Positions 1 through 9,367 of a stretch of DNA of 64,000 bases are shown one piece after another. The notes below the pieces were generated by a model that was given only the letters and a program-made list of their open reading frames with translations, did no database searches and had not been told where the DNA came from. How positions within the stretch are numbered: the stretch's first letter is position 1; the number at the start of each line of letters is the position of its first letter. Made by a program: the position numbers and the translations under genes. This DNA is from Bacillota bacterium (GTDB taxonomy: Bacteria > Bacillota > Sulfobacillia > Sulfobacillales > JAIMBI01), in assembly GCA_021820465.1 (NCBI GenBank), contig JAKADP010000003.1, positions 2,183 through 66,182 of the forward strand, read 5' to 3'.

Positions 1-1532
1 TCCTCGTAGCGCTCCGGGTCGTTCCAGAACCCGCGCGTCATGCCGGGCCAGGGCGCGGTGAGAGCCAACTCCCCGACGGTCCCGGGCGGCGCGGGGTTCC
101 CCGCCTCGTCCAGGATCACCGCGGCCATGCCGGGGACCGGCCCGCCAAAGGCGCAGGGCTTGCACGGCTCCGTGGGGAAGCCGGACAAAATGCCCCCCGA
201 AATTTCGGTGCCGCCGGAGTAATTGATGACGGGGCACCGTGCCCCGCCCACTTCGCCGAAGAACCACTCCCACGCCTCGGGCGTCCACGGCTCGCCCGTG
301 GAGCCCAGGATGCGCAGGCTCGACCGGTCATGCTGGCGCACGGGGTCGGTGCCCGCCGCCATCAAGCCGCGAATGGCGGTTGGAGAAATCCCCAGGACGG
401 TGACGCCGTGGCGCTCGACCAGCGACCAAAGCCGGTCCGGTCCGGGGTAGTCGGGGCTTCCGTCGTACAGGAGCACCGTGGCGCCCAGCGCCATCCCGCC
501 CAGCACCTCCCAGGGCCCCATCATCCACCCCATGTCGGTGAACCAAAACAGCGTGTCGCTGGACTTCAGATCAAAGCAGTGCAGCAGGTCCTGAGCCGCC
601 TTGAGCGGAAAGCCTGGGTGCACGTGGACAGCGCCCTTGGGCCGCCCGGACGTGCCCGATGTGTAAATCACCATAAACGGATGCTCGCTGTCCACCTCCG
701 CGGTCCGTGGCGTGGTGTCGCCCTCCTCCACCAGATCGTGCCACCAGTGGTCGCGCCCTGGGGTCATGGACGTAGGCTGGCCCGTTCGGTTCACGACAAG
801 CGTGGCGGCCACCTCCGGGCAGGCCGCCACCGCCTGGTCCGCCACGCTTTTCATATCCACCCGCCGCCCACGCCGGTAAAAGCCGTCGGCGCAGATGAGC
901 CAGCGGGCCCCCGAATCTTGCAGGCGGGTGGCCAGCGCCTCAGCGCCGTACCCGGAAAACAGCGGGACGTAGGCCGCCCCCAGCTTCGCGATGGCATAGG
1001 TGGCCACCACGGCCTCCGGAATCATGGGCAGATACAGCCCCACCACCGTGCCCGGCCCCACGCCGCGGGCCGCCATCGCGTTGGCCAGGCGGTTCGCCTC
1101 GCGGTACAGCTCGCGGTAGGTGAGCTTGGCGACGGCGCCCTCCTCCCCCTCCCAGATCACGGCGAGCCGGTTGCGCAGCGGCCCGGTCGCATGGCGATCC
1201 AGGCAGGTGCTGGCCAGGTTGGTGGTGCCTCCGGTGAACCAGCGCGGCCAGTGCGACCCCCGCGACAGATCCAGCACCTCGTCGTACGGCTTGGCAAAGT
1301 GCCACCCAATGTCTTTGACCACCGCGTCCCAAAACCACTCAGGGTGCTCTGCCGCCCGAGCCCGCAGCGCATCCAAGTCCGCCAGTTCCCACGTGGCCAA
1401 AAAGCGCGTGAGGTTGGCCTGCCGCACCATCTTGGGGTCCGGCCGCCACGCCAGCCGCCCGGAAAACAGCTGGCTCAGCGCCTGATCGCCCTCGTGGGGA
1501 TCGGCCACCGTGCTTGGGCTGTCGTCTGCCAC
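1..1532 (-). CDS. AMP-forming acyl/acetyl-CoA synthetase family ligase (N-terminus present, C-terminus beyond left edge)
   Basis: Not in the ORF track because it runs off the window. My minus-strand translation from GTG at 1532 (GGAGG at 1541-1545 complement) gives IYTSGTSGRPKGAVH, DMGWMMGPWE and GSTGEPW, which are AMP-binding motifs. Confidence 0.8.
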   Translation of the reverse strand, partial: MADDSPSTVADPHEGDQALSQLFSGRLAWRPDPKMVRQANLTRFLATWELADLDALRARAAEHPEWFWDAVVKDIGWHFAKPYDEVLDLSRGSHWPRWFTGGTTNLASTCLDRHATGPLRNRLAVIWEGEEGAVAKLTYRELYREANRLANAMAARGVGPGTVVGLYLPMIPEAVVATYAIAKLGAAYVPLFSGYGAEALATRLQDSGARWLICADGFYRRGRRVDMKSVADQAVAACPEVAATLVVNRTGQPTSMTPGRDHWWHDLVEEGDTTPRTAEVDSEHPFMVIYTSGTSGRPKGAVHVHPGFPLKAAQDLLHCFDLKSSDTLFWFTDMGWMMGPWEVLGGMALGATVLLYDGSPDYPGPDRLWSLVERHGVTVLGISPTAIRGLMAAGTDPVRQHDRSSLRILGSTGEPWTPEAWEWFFGEVGGARCPVINYSGGTEISGGILSGFPTEPCKPCAFGGPVPGMAAVILDEAGNPAPPGTVGELALTAPWPGMTRGFWNDPERYE

Positions 1533-1549
1533 ACGATTCGCCTCCCAAC

Positions 1550-2158
1550 TCAGTTCTTGTTGGCGTCCCGCGCCTTCTGAAAGCGCTCCCAGTCTGCCGG
1601 CGTATCCAGATCACCCGGCGGCCACTCATCAACCTCGACGGTGCGCACCCGGTCTGCAGGCAGCCCGGCGGCCAGCGCCCGGGCCCCCCGATCCCCCGTC
1701 AGCTGATCGACGCTCGCCAACAGGCTCCGCGCCACATACACGGGATGGCCCGGCACGCCGCCGCGAAACTGAGGCACCACCAAGCCCGCATCCGGCCAGC
1801 GCGCCACGGCCGCGGCCACTGCACCGGCGGCCGCGGCGGACACTTCGGGCTCATCACCCAAAAACACCAGCAGGCCGCGCCGCCCCGCCGCGCGGGCCGC
1901 AATGGCCAGGGATGACGAGAGCCCGCGCTCCGGCGCCGCATTGAGCGCCACCACGACCCCCAGCTGAGCGGCGAGCGCCCGCACCGGGCCCGAGGCGGGC
2001 GCCACGACCAGCGGCAGGCGCCCGGTTGCTCGATGCACGGCGCCTACGCTGGCGGCCAGCACGGACACGCCTCCATGGGCCAGCGCCAGCTTGGGCGCCC
2101 CCATCCGCTGGGACAGTCCGGCCGCCAGCACCACGGGCAGCCATTCAGCGGGCGGCAT
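1550..2158 (-). CDS. MobA/MocA-like molybdenum cofactor nucleotidyl(cytidylyl)transferase
   Basis: Track ORF of 202 aa. The N-terminal LPVVLAAGLSQRMGAPKLAL matches the NTP-transferase fold. It overlaps the xdhC-like gene end by 14 nt. Confidence 0.7.
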   Translation of the reverse strand: MPPAEWLPVVLAAGLSQRMGAPKLALAHGGVSVLAASVGAVHRATGRLPLVVAPASGPVRALAAQLGVVVALNAAPERGLSSSLAIAARAAGRRGLLVFLGDEPEVSAAAAGAVAAAVARWPDAGLVVPQFRGGVPGHPVYVARSLLASVDQLTGDRGARALAAGLPADRVRTVEVDEWPPGDLDTPADWERFQKARDANKN

Positions 2159-3164
2159 GGACCCGGTCTCTGCGGTTGAGCGTGGCGCCGCTCCGGCGCC
2201 GGTCCACGGCCATCAGCTCGGCCACGATGGCAAGGGCCACCTCCTCCGGAGTTTCCGCCCCCAGATCCAGCCCCAGTGGGCCGTGCACCTCATCGATGCC
2301 CGGCACTCCCTCCAGCAGTTCGGCCGTGCGCGACCAAGGGCCGAGCGCCCCCACAAACCGCGGCCGCATCTGGAGAGCTGCCCTGAGCGCCGCACCATCC
2401 CGCTCCTTGTGGTGGTTCATCACCACCCAGTAGGCATCCACCAGCTCGGGGTACTGCTGCGCCGAGAGCGTGCGGGCCTCCACCACCACGTGCTCTGCGC
2501 CGGGAAAGCGCCGCTCATCGTTGAACGCCTCCCGCGGGTCCACCACCACGACGCGAAATCCCATCCGCTGAGCCAGCTGGGCCACGGGCTCCGCGTCGTG
2601 CCCGGCCCCCACCAGCACCAGTCGCGGGGCTGGCCGCCAAGCCCGGACAAACCAGGATCCGGGTTCAACGACCCGCGGCTCGGCGCCATCCCACGCCGCC
2701 CGCACGGCCTCGCCCAGCGGGCCCTCGGGGGGGTCTTCGCCCGCAAGCCACACTTGGTCCGCGCCGAGCGGCAGCTGGGCGTACAGCACACCGCCTGTCG
2801 CCAGCGCCCGCGTCCAGCGGGCCCGGTCCCCCTCTTCGGGGGCGCGACGCACCCACACACGGATGTGGCCCTTGCAGCCAATGCCCAGCGACCACATCTC
2901 GTCCTCCGCCAGGTCGTAGTCGACGACGAACGGCGCCGCCTCGGAGAAGAGCGGCTCGGCCCGCACGAAGAGGTCCCCCTCGAGGCAACCTCCGCTGACC
3001 GTGCCCTCCATGCGGCCATCGGACGCCATCATCATGAGGGCGCCAGGACGCCGATAGGCCGAGCCCACCACCGCGACAATCTCCGCCAAGAGCGCCTGCT
3101 GGCCGCGGGCCTCGGCAGCCAAGACCGCATCCCAGATGCGCTGGGCCTCTGTCAGTCCGGTCAT
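2145..3164 (-). CDS. XdhC/CoxI family molybdoenzyme maturation protein
   Basis: Track ORF 2145..3335 trimmed to ATG 3164, 5 nt after the coxG stop. Shows the XdhC N-domain (VVGSAYRRPGA...GTVSGGCLE) and a Rossmann part (LVLVGAGHDAEPVAQLA). Confidence 0.8.
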   Translation of the reverse strand: MTGLTEAQRIWDAVLAAEARGQQALLAEIVAVVGSAYRRPGALMMMASDGRMEGTVSGGCLEGDLFVRAEPLFSEAAPFVVDYDLAEDEMWSLGIGCKGHIRVWVRRAPEEGDRARWTRALATGGVLYAQLPLGADQVWLAGEDPPEGPLGEAVRAAWDGAEPRVVEPGSWFVRAWRPAPRLVLVGAGHDAEPVAQLAQRMGFRVVVVDPREAFNDERRFPGAEHVVVEARTLSAQQYPELVDAYWVVMNHHKERDGAALRAALQMRPRFVGALGPWSRTAELLEGVPGIDEVHGPLGLDLGAETPEEVALAIVAELMAVDRRRSGATLNRRDRVHAAR

Positions 3165-3168
3165 GCGG

Positions 3169-3618
3169 CTACTCCTGAGCCCGGCGCTCGGCCGCCCGAC
3201 CGACCGCAGCAAAGAACTGCGTGAGAAGCATCTGCGAGACCCCTCCCATGACCCGCTGCCCGATTCCCGCCAGGGTGCCGCCCACCTGGGCTTCCCCTTC
3301 ATATTGCACCAGGCTGCCTGCCTCCGATGGCGCAATGCCCACCGTCAGCACGACATGCACAAACGCGCCGGGGCCCTTCCCATCCATTTCCAATCTGTAC
3401 CCGTTGGGAGGATCCGGGTCTCGAATCTCCATGGTCCCGGCGTACCGCCCGCGGACCGCCGAAATGCCGAGCTCCAGCACGGCGTCGTACTTGCCGGGCC
3501 CCACCGGCGTCAGCTGCTTCAAGCCCGGCATGGTTTCCACCAGGCTCTCCGGCGTCGTGAGCGCCTGATATACGACGTCGGGCGGCGCGGCCATCGTCAC
3601 CTGATTCTTGAGTTGCAT
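3169..3618 (-). CDS. coxG: CoxG-like SRPBCC family protein (carbon monoxide dehydrogenase subunit G family)
   Basis: Track ORF 3169..3654 trimmed to ATG 3618 (MQLKNQVTM...). About 150 aa with a CoxG-like sequence pattern, next to xdhC/mocA. Confidence 0.65.
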   Translation of the reverse strand: MQLKNQVTMAAPPDVVYQALTTPESLVETMPGLKQLTPVGPGKYDAVLELGISAVRGRYAGTMEIRDPDPPNGYRLEMDGKGPGAFVHVVLTVGIAPSEAGSLVQYEGEAQVGGTLAGIGQRVMGGVSQMLLTQFFAAVGRAAERRAQE

Positions 3619-3703
3619 CGGCGATCGACCCCTTTCGGCGAGGCGGATGCGCACTCGCGCTCCCCTAAGAGTAGCAGACCCCGCGAGCGGGCTTGGCCGT
3701 GCG

Positions 3704-4939
3704 CTACGGCGTGCGCGGGCCGTAGCGCGCCAAAAATTCTTGGCGTGTCATGTAGATGAGGACGGGCTTGAGCCTGGCTAAGCGCCGCAGCACTCCCAGC
3801 CCCTGGCGGTGAAACACCACCATCAGCACCACGAGATAGAACCGCATCGGCAACATCGCGAGGCCGCCCATCTCTTGCCGGTGAAAGCCCAGGCGCTCGA
3901 CCGCACGGCCGACGTCCAGCACGGTCACCCCCCCCACCAGTGCGGCGTCAGCCAGGGTGGGATCCTGGGCTACCCACTGGCCAAGTTGCGGCATGCTTTG
4001 GCCCACCCGCGCCCATGCACGGAGGCCTCCGGCCCGGCCGCCGCTGGCTTGGCCCAGCGTGTAGTTCTGAAAGTGGATTTCTGCCATCGGGGCTCCCGGG
4101 CGAATGGGCGGTGCGGCATCCGGGCCCTCGAGGACAGGCCCCCGGTACACGGCCCGGCCGACGCGCAGCACGGGCGGGCCGCCGTCTGGGGCCGGCACCG
4201 TTTCCACCCGATAGCGCCGCGTGAAGACTCCTTCGCGCCAAGCCCATATCTTGCGCACCCACGACCGCTCTTCCTGCAGAGCACCCAGCGGCACGAGCTC
4301 GAATCCCAGGCGTCGGATCCCGGCAATCATCGGCTCGAGCGCGGCGACCGTCCGCGTGCGGTCGCCGCCGGCATCGTGCAGCACCACGACCGCCCCGGGC
4401 AGCGCGTACCGCACCACGTGCCGGGCGATGGCGTCGGGTGGCCGGTCGGACCGCCAATCATCCGGCGCGATGGACCACAGCACCCGGCGCAGACCCAAAA
4501 GCCCTGGGGCCAGCGCCGTGACGAGATTGTGGTGGCCCCAGGGGGGGCGATAAAAGCGCGGGGGCTGGCCCGCCACCGCCGCCACCAGCGCCCGGCCGCG
4601 GGCCACCTCGCGCCAAGCCGTCCACGGGGCCATCACGAGCGCCGACCGGTGGTGCCAGCCGTGCAGCTCCACCTCGTGGCCCTCCGCCACCATGCGCTGC
4701 ACCACCGTGGGATAGCGCACCGCCTGCTCCGCGATCACAAAGAACGTGGCCAACACACCCTGCTGCTGCAGCACGTCCAAGACCGCCGGCGTGTCGGGCC
4801 CCGGCCCGTCATCGAAGGTGAGGGCCAGCTGGTTGACGTCGCCGCTGCCGGCAAAGGCGCGTGCTTGGCCGTGATGCCCAATGAGGTCTGGCAGCACCCA
4901 GTACCCCACGACCACGAGGGCCGGCCATAGCCACCACAT
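3704..4939 (-). CDS. polysaccharide deacetylase (NodB homology domain) with extra C-terminal domain
   Basis: Track ORF 3704..5221 trimmed to ATG 4939 (MWWLWPALVVV, a TM segment). Motifs TFDDGP, ELHGWHH and VVLHD are present. Confidence 0.8.
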   Translation of the reverse strand: MWWLWPALVVVGYWVLPDLIGHHGQARAFAGSGDVNQLALTFDDGPGPDTPAVLDVLQQQGVLATFFVIAEQAVRYPTVVQRMVAEGHEVELHGWHHRSALVMAPWTAWREVARGRALVAAVAGQPPRFYRPPWGHHNLVTALAPGLLGLRRVLWSIAPDDWRSDRPPDAIARHVVRYALPGAVVVLHDAGGDRTRTVAALEPMIAGIRRLGFELVPLGALQEERSWVRKIWAWREGVFTRRYRVETVPAPDGGPPVLRVGRAVYRGPVLEGPDAAPPIRPGAPMAEIHFQNYTLGQASGGRAGGLRAWARVGQSMPQLGQWVAQDPTLADAALVGGVTVLDVGRAVERLGFHRQEMGGLAMLPMRFYLVVLMVVFHRQGLGVLRRLARLKPVLIYMTRQEFLARYGPRTP

Positions 4940-4941
4940 GG

Positions 4942-6138
4942 CTAGGCCCGCCGCTCTGGAAGCGGGTAGAGCCAATAAAACACGCTCATCAGCGTCAGGA
5001 TGGCTGCCGCCAACACAAACGGGGCGTAGATCGACACCTGAAACAGGCGCGCGCCCACGGCGGGCCCGACGGTCATGCCGAGCCCCTCCACGGTCATGAA
5101 CACCCCCCACAACAGACCCTCCTGGGCCGAGGGAATGAGGCGCGCCAGAAACGCATTCCAAGATGGCAAGATCAGCGCGTACGCCAAGCCCAGCGTCACG
5201 CCTACCGCCACCAAGAGCCAAAAGTCCCGGACCGCCGACAGGGCCAGGAGTGCCACCGCCGCCAGCCAGAATCCCCCGATGAGGGGCCCCTTGATCCCCA
5301 TCCGGTCGGCCACCCGTCCCATGGGCACCAGCAGCAGCACCGTGAGCGCGCCCGATCCCAACAGCAGCACGGCGTACTGCACTTGGTCCAGATGCAGCAC
5401 CCGGTGGGTCAGCGGCTGCAGCAGCGGCAGCAGGAGGCCCAGCACCATGGTTTGCACAAACATGCCCGGCAGGACCGACTTCAGCGGCCAGATGACTTTG
5501 AGGCCCGAAAGCAGACTGGGATGCCGCTCCCCACGGGCCGCGCCCCGCACGAGGCGATGATCCCGCACGAGCAGCGCCAAGCCGAGCGCCACCAGCTGCG
5601 CCACAATGAGCAAGATGAATGCCAGCTCATCACTGCCGAAATTCCCAATGGCGAAGTTGACCACCACCGGCCCAATCCCCGAGCCCGCAATCCACCCTGC
5701 AAACACCGCGCCCATCATCGTGCCCCGCTGCTCGGCATGGGTCAGCCGGTTGGTGCCGGTAACCACCGACGGCCAGTGGCTGGCGGTGCCCACGCCCAAC
5801 AGGCCCATAAAAATAAAGAGCGTGATGGCGGCGTGGGCATGCATGGCTCCGAAGACCGACAGCACTTCAATGACGAGGCCGCCAACCAGCACCGGCTTCG
5901 GCCCGATCCGATCCACCAGCCACCCAGCCGGGCTCCGAAACAGCGTATCCATGGCGTAGTGCGCCGAAATCATGAGGCCCACTACGGCGAGGGACAATCC
6001 CAGCGGACCCGTGGCAAACGCCGGCAGCAGGACCACCACCAGCGCGGTCCGGGCAAACTCGGCCGCCCCCAGAATCCCTATAAGTTGCCACTGCGCCAAA
6101 TTGACGTCATGAGGAAACCAATGCTTAAGCCCCCGCAT
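4942..6138 (-). CDS. MFS transporter
   Basis: 398-aa polytopic hydrophobic protein with a 12-TM-like pattern. Its stop lies 2 nt before the deacetylase start. Confidence 0.75.
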   Translation of the reverse strand: MRGLKHWFPHDVNLAQWQLIGILGAAEFARTALVVVLLPAFATGPLGLSLAVVGLMISAHYAMDTLFRSPAGWLVDRIGPKPVLVGGLVIEVLSVFGAMHAHAAITLFIFMGLLGVGTASHWPSVVTGTNRLTHAEQRGTMMGAVFAGWIAGSGIGPVVVNFAIGNFGSDELAFILLIVAQLVALGLALLVRDHRLVRGAARGERHPSLLSGLKVIWPLKSVLPGMFVQTMVLGLLLPLLQPLTHRVLHLDQVQYAVLLLGSGALTVLLLVPMGRVADRMGIKGPLIGGFWLAAVALLALSAVRDFWLLVAVGVTLGLAYALILPSWNAFLARLIPSAQEGLLWGVFMTVEGLGMTVGPAVGARLFQVSIYAPFVLAAAILTLMSVFYWLYPLPERRA

Positions 6139-7336
6139 GCACCCGACGCCTTTCGAGGACCTCGCGGACGCGCTCGGCGACCCGCGACGCCCCGTCCGGC
6201 AGCCCGAGCGCCCGCGCGGCGGCCGCCCGCCGCGCGCGCTCCTCCGGGTCTGCCAGGAGCCGGGTCAGCGCTTCCACCAGCTGCGCGGGCGTCCGGGTGA
6301 CCACCGCCGCACCATGCCGGGCCAAGAATTCCGCGTTGCTGTCTTCTTGGCCGGGGATTTGGCGGTACACCACCATCGGCAGGCCGCGGCACAGCGCCTC
6401 CGTGGTGGTGAGGCCGCCGGCCTTGGTCACCAGCACGTCCACCGCACTCATCAAGTCGGGCACGTTCGTGACATAGCCCAGCGCCACCGTGGGGTGTGGG
6501 CTTTGGGCGGCAAACCGGCGCGCCTCTTCCGCGCGCGCCGCCGCGCGCCCCCCGACAATCACAAGGTTGACAGGCCCAGGCAGGTCCGCCAGCGCCCCCA
6601 GCACCTCGCGAAACTGGGTGGGCGCCAAGTAAGAGCCGCCCATGTACAGCACGGTCGGCTGGTCCTTCAGCCCCAGCGCCGCAAGCTCCCGCCCGCGGTC
6701 CGCGCCGGGCTGGCGAAAGCGAGGGTCTACCGGAATGCCGGACACGTCGATGGTCGCCGGGTCAAATCCCCGCGCCGCCATGGCCTCGCGCATGTCCTCC
6801 GCGCCCACGAAGTACCGATCGACGCCGCGGTGCAGCCACTGCGAGTGCACCGCGTAGTCCGTCATCACCACAAAGTTCTCCACGTCCAACAGCCGCCGCG
6901 CTTTTAAGGTGGCCACCACCCCAGCCGCCGTCGGGTACGTGGAGATGATCAGCCGGGGGGGATTGGGGGCCACTGCGCGATAAAACTCCCTGAGTCCGAT
7001 GCGGTTTAGCATCGACTGCGTGGACGAATTCGGATCAATATGCTGCGTCGAGTGATAAAACCAGCGGTACGCCCACGGCGCATTGCGAACCGAGGCCATA
7101 TAGCTCCAGCGAATAGCCCGGTCCAGTCGGGGACTGACGAATCCGTAGTAGTCCAATAATTCCACCGTCGCGCCGGGGACAAGTCGATTGACGGCCGCCT
7201 GAATCGCCTTGGCCGCCGAGAGGTGCCCGTCGCCGTATTTCGCCGTCAATATCAGGACGTCAACCGACCCGGGCCACCCCTCGGGGTAATCTCGCTTTAC
7301 CGCGCGGCGGCGCCGCGCCTCCTGGCGTTCGCTCAC
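6125..7336 (-). CDS. MGDG-synthase/UgtP-like glycosyltransferase (GT28 family)
   Basis: VLILTAKYGDGHLSAAKAI at the N-terminus and a C-terminal GT28 domain (KAGGLTTTEALCRGLPMV). I preferred GTG 7336 because GGGAGG lies 8 nt upstream. The track start is 7345. Confidence 0.8.
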   Translation of the reverse strand: MSERQEARRRRAVKRDYPEGWPGSVDVLILTAKYGDGHLSAAKAIQAAVNRLVPGATVELLDYYGFVSPRLDRAIRWSYMASVRNAPWAYRWFYHSTQHIDPNSSTQSMLNRIGLREFYRAVAPNPPRLIISTYPTAAGVVATLKARRLLDVENFVVMTDYAVHSQWLHRGVDRYFVGAEDMREAMAARGFDPATIDVSGIPVDPRFRQPGADRGRELAALGLKDQPTVLYMGGSYLAPTQFREVLGALADLPGPVNLVIVGGRAAARAEEARRFAAQSPHPTVALGYVTNVPDLMSAVDVLVTKAGGLTTTEALCRGLPMVVYRQIPGQEDSNAEFLARHGAAVVTRTPAQLVEALTRLLADPEERARRAAAARALGLPDGASRVAERVREVLERRRVHAGA

Positions 7337-7424
7337 CGCCGCCACCTCCCTTGCCGTTTCGATTATACCCGGTCAACCGGGGTCATGGGGCGCCGCCCAG
7401 CCGGCGCCCCCCGCCTCTGCTAGC

Positions 7425-8267
7425 ATGAGCACAGGCCATGACATGATAGGAGGCGCAGCCATCACGTCAGTGTACGCGGACGAGCCTGGATCCAGACGAG
7501 CGCAGCCCCCAGTGGCCTACAGCGGACACCCGGGCGCCTACGGCCAGCAGGCGGCCGCCTGCTTCTTGCCCCACCAGCCCACCACAGCGGTGGCCGGGTT
7601 TTCGGCGGTCGTGGCCGCCGTCCGAGACGGCGCGGCCGCCTGGGGGGTCCTGCCCTGCGAAAACCGGTATGCCGGTGCCGTCGCCGACGCCATTCGGGCC
7701 GTGCAGGCGGGCGGCTTGACGATTCTGGCCGACTTGTGGCTGCCCGTGCCCCACGCCCTGCTGGCCCAGCCGGGCGTGGCGCTGGCCTCGGTGACCGAGG
7801 TGGCGTCGCATCCGCAGGCGCTCGCGCAGTGCGACGCATTTCTGGCGCGGCACCGGCTGACCGCCGTCCCGGCCCTCACCACGGCCACCGCCGCGCGGGC
7901 TGTGGCCTCCGGTCCGCCCCATCGGGCCGCCATTGCCCCGCCCGCCGCCGCCGCCCGCTATGGCCTTGCCATCATAGCCGACCACATCGCCACAGACCCC
8001 GACAACGCCACCCGATTTTGGCTGGTTGGCCCGGCGGGCAGCGCACCCTGCGCCGGCACGCCGTACACCCTCACGGCCGCGGTCCCGGCCGACTGGTTCG
8101 AGCCCGGGAGCAGGCCGCCCGGCCATGTGCTGCTCGAGGGCGGCCCAGAGGGCCCATGGGTTCTGGACCTCCCCCCGGACGCGGGCCCTACCCTGGCAGC
8201 TCTGGCTCCATCGGGCCGAGGCCCCGCACAGCCCATGGGCTGCTATCCGCGCTTGGCGCCCCCCTGA
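7425..8267 (+). CDS. pheA: prephenate dehydratase
   Basis: PDT domain: AYSGHPGAYGQQAA, GVLPCENRYAGAV, VASHPQALAQC and TRFWLVGP. The C-terminal ACT-like part is poorly recognisable. Confidence 0.75.
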   Translation: MSTGHDMIGGAAITSVYADEPGSRRAQPPVAYSGHPGAYGQQAAACFLPHQPTTAVAGFSAVVAAVRDGAAAWGVLPCENRYAGAVADAIRAVQAGGLTILADLWLPVPHALLAQPGVALASVTEVASHPQALAQCDAFLARHRLTAVPALTTATAARAVASGPPHRAAIAPPAAAARYGLAIIADHIATDPDNATRFWLVGPAGSAPCAGTPYTLTAAVPADWFEPGSRPPGHVLLEGGPEGPWVLDLPPDAGPTLAALAPSGRGPAQPMGCYPRLAPP

Positions 8268-9360
8268 GCCGGGCGCACAGCGCCTCCGCGGCGCCTACGG
8301 CCCGCAGGATGGCCGGCGGCGGGTCCGGCGGGCCGACCGCCAGTCGGGTCGCAAGCCGCCCGTCCTCCCAGCGCGCGTCCGCCTCGCCCCAGAAGCGCGT
8401 GCCCCAGAGGATCGGCATGTTGTACGGCCCGACACGCCGCTGAGCCGCGGGGGTGTAAATTTCCCACCGGTAGCGATACCCGGCCAGCGCCTCCAGGCGG
8501 GGCCGGTGCCACAGCAGGTTGTCCAACGGGGCCAGGAGCCAGCTTCGCCGCGGCGTGGGCCGGTCCCCGTCCAGCATCGCGGCCCACACCCAGTAGGACC
8601 TCCCATCGACCGACACGTGGACCACCTCGTTCTCGGCGGCCAGCGCCGCGGTCTCCGCCTGGCGCGCGGCGGCGGTCCCCCCGGCCCAGGGCGGTCCCGA
8701 GCGGCCGGGTCCGACAATGCCTAGCGCGCGATGCCGATGCCGGGCCGCCGCGCGGGCAGCGTCGGCAGGCGGGAGCGCCTCGACCCAGTGATCGAGGTGC
8801 GGCAGATGGCGAGCCATCAGGTCGTAGTGCTTCTGCCCTCCGCTGCGAGACACGACCGCAATCCGCCCCTCCCACCACAAAAGCTCCAAGGCGGCGCTGG
8901 TGGCTTTGGTGCGGGCCGCGTCCTCTGCGTCCCACCCCGCCGCCACGCGTCGCGTGCTGGACAGCGCGCGCGCCTGCACCGGCCCCTCCCGCTCCATGAA
9001 CGCCAGCACGGAGCGCATCTCATCTTCCACCCCGTACTGCCGGCCCAGTGCGCGCGCGCGGGCGTGCCGAAACCCCGCCACCAGCGCATCGGCGTCGTCC
9101 CGATGCACCAGTGCGCGGGCATGGCAGTAGCCCTCCAGCACGTCGCCCGCAGCCAGCGCCTGGTCCAGCGCCCCAGGCGGGGTGGGCCCGCGCCGCAGTG
9201 ACAGCGTCCACAGGTGAGCCGGCACCACCACCTGCACCGGATCCAGCTGGATGGCCCCAAGGCGCCGCACCGTGTCCCCCACCGACTCGCGCCGCGGCGC
9301 CGCGAGCCCGACCCAGTGAACCAGCCGCACCATGAGCTCCTGCCGGTCTATCTCCCTCAC
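8188..9360 (-). CDS. winged-helix YcaQ/AlkZ-like protein (putative DNA crosslink glycosylase family)
   Basis: 390 aa. The N-terminal RRLGAIQLDPVQVVVPAHLWTLSLR resembles the YcaQ family signature. Confidence 0.65.
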   Translation of the reverse strand: MREIDRQELMVRLVHWVGLAAPRRESVGDTVRRLGAIQLDPVQVVVPAHLWTLSLRRGPTPPGALDQALAAGDVLEGYCHARALVHRDDADALVAGFRHARARALGRQYGVEDEMRSVLAFMEREGPVQARALSSTRRVAAGWDAEDAARTKATSAALELLWWEGRIAVVSRSGGQKHYDLMARHLPHLDHWVEALPPADAARAAARHRHRALGIVGPGRSGPPWAGGTAAARQAETAALAAENEVVHVSVDGRSYWVWAAMLDGDRPTPRRSWLLAPLDNLLWHRPRLEALAGYRYRWEIYTPAAQRRVGPYNMPILWGTRFWGEADARWEDGRLATRLAVGPPDPPPAILRAVGAAEALCARLRGAPSADSSPWAVRGLGPMEPELPG

Positions 9361-9367
9361 GCGCTGA

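Noticed and set aside
330-1580. 416-aa plus-strand ORF, and several others over 1-1600
   Set aside because: Its composition is Arg/Pro/Gly/His-rich and low in complexity, with no family motifs. It lies antisense to a clearly recognisable AMP-binding ligase frame, so it is a typical high-GC shadow ORF.
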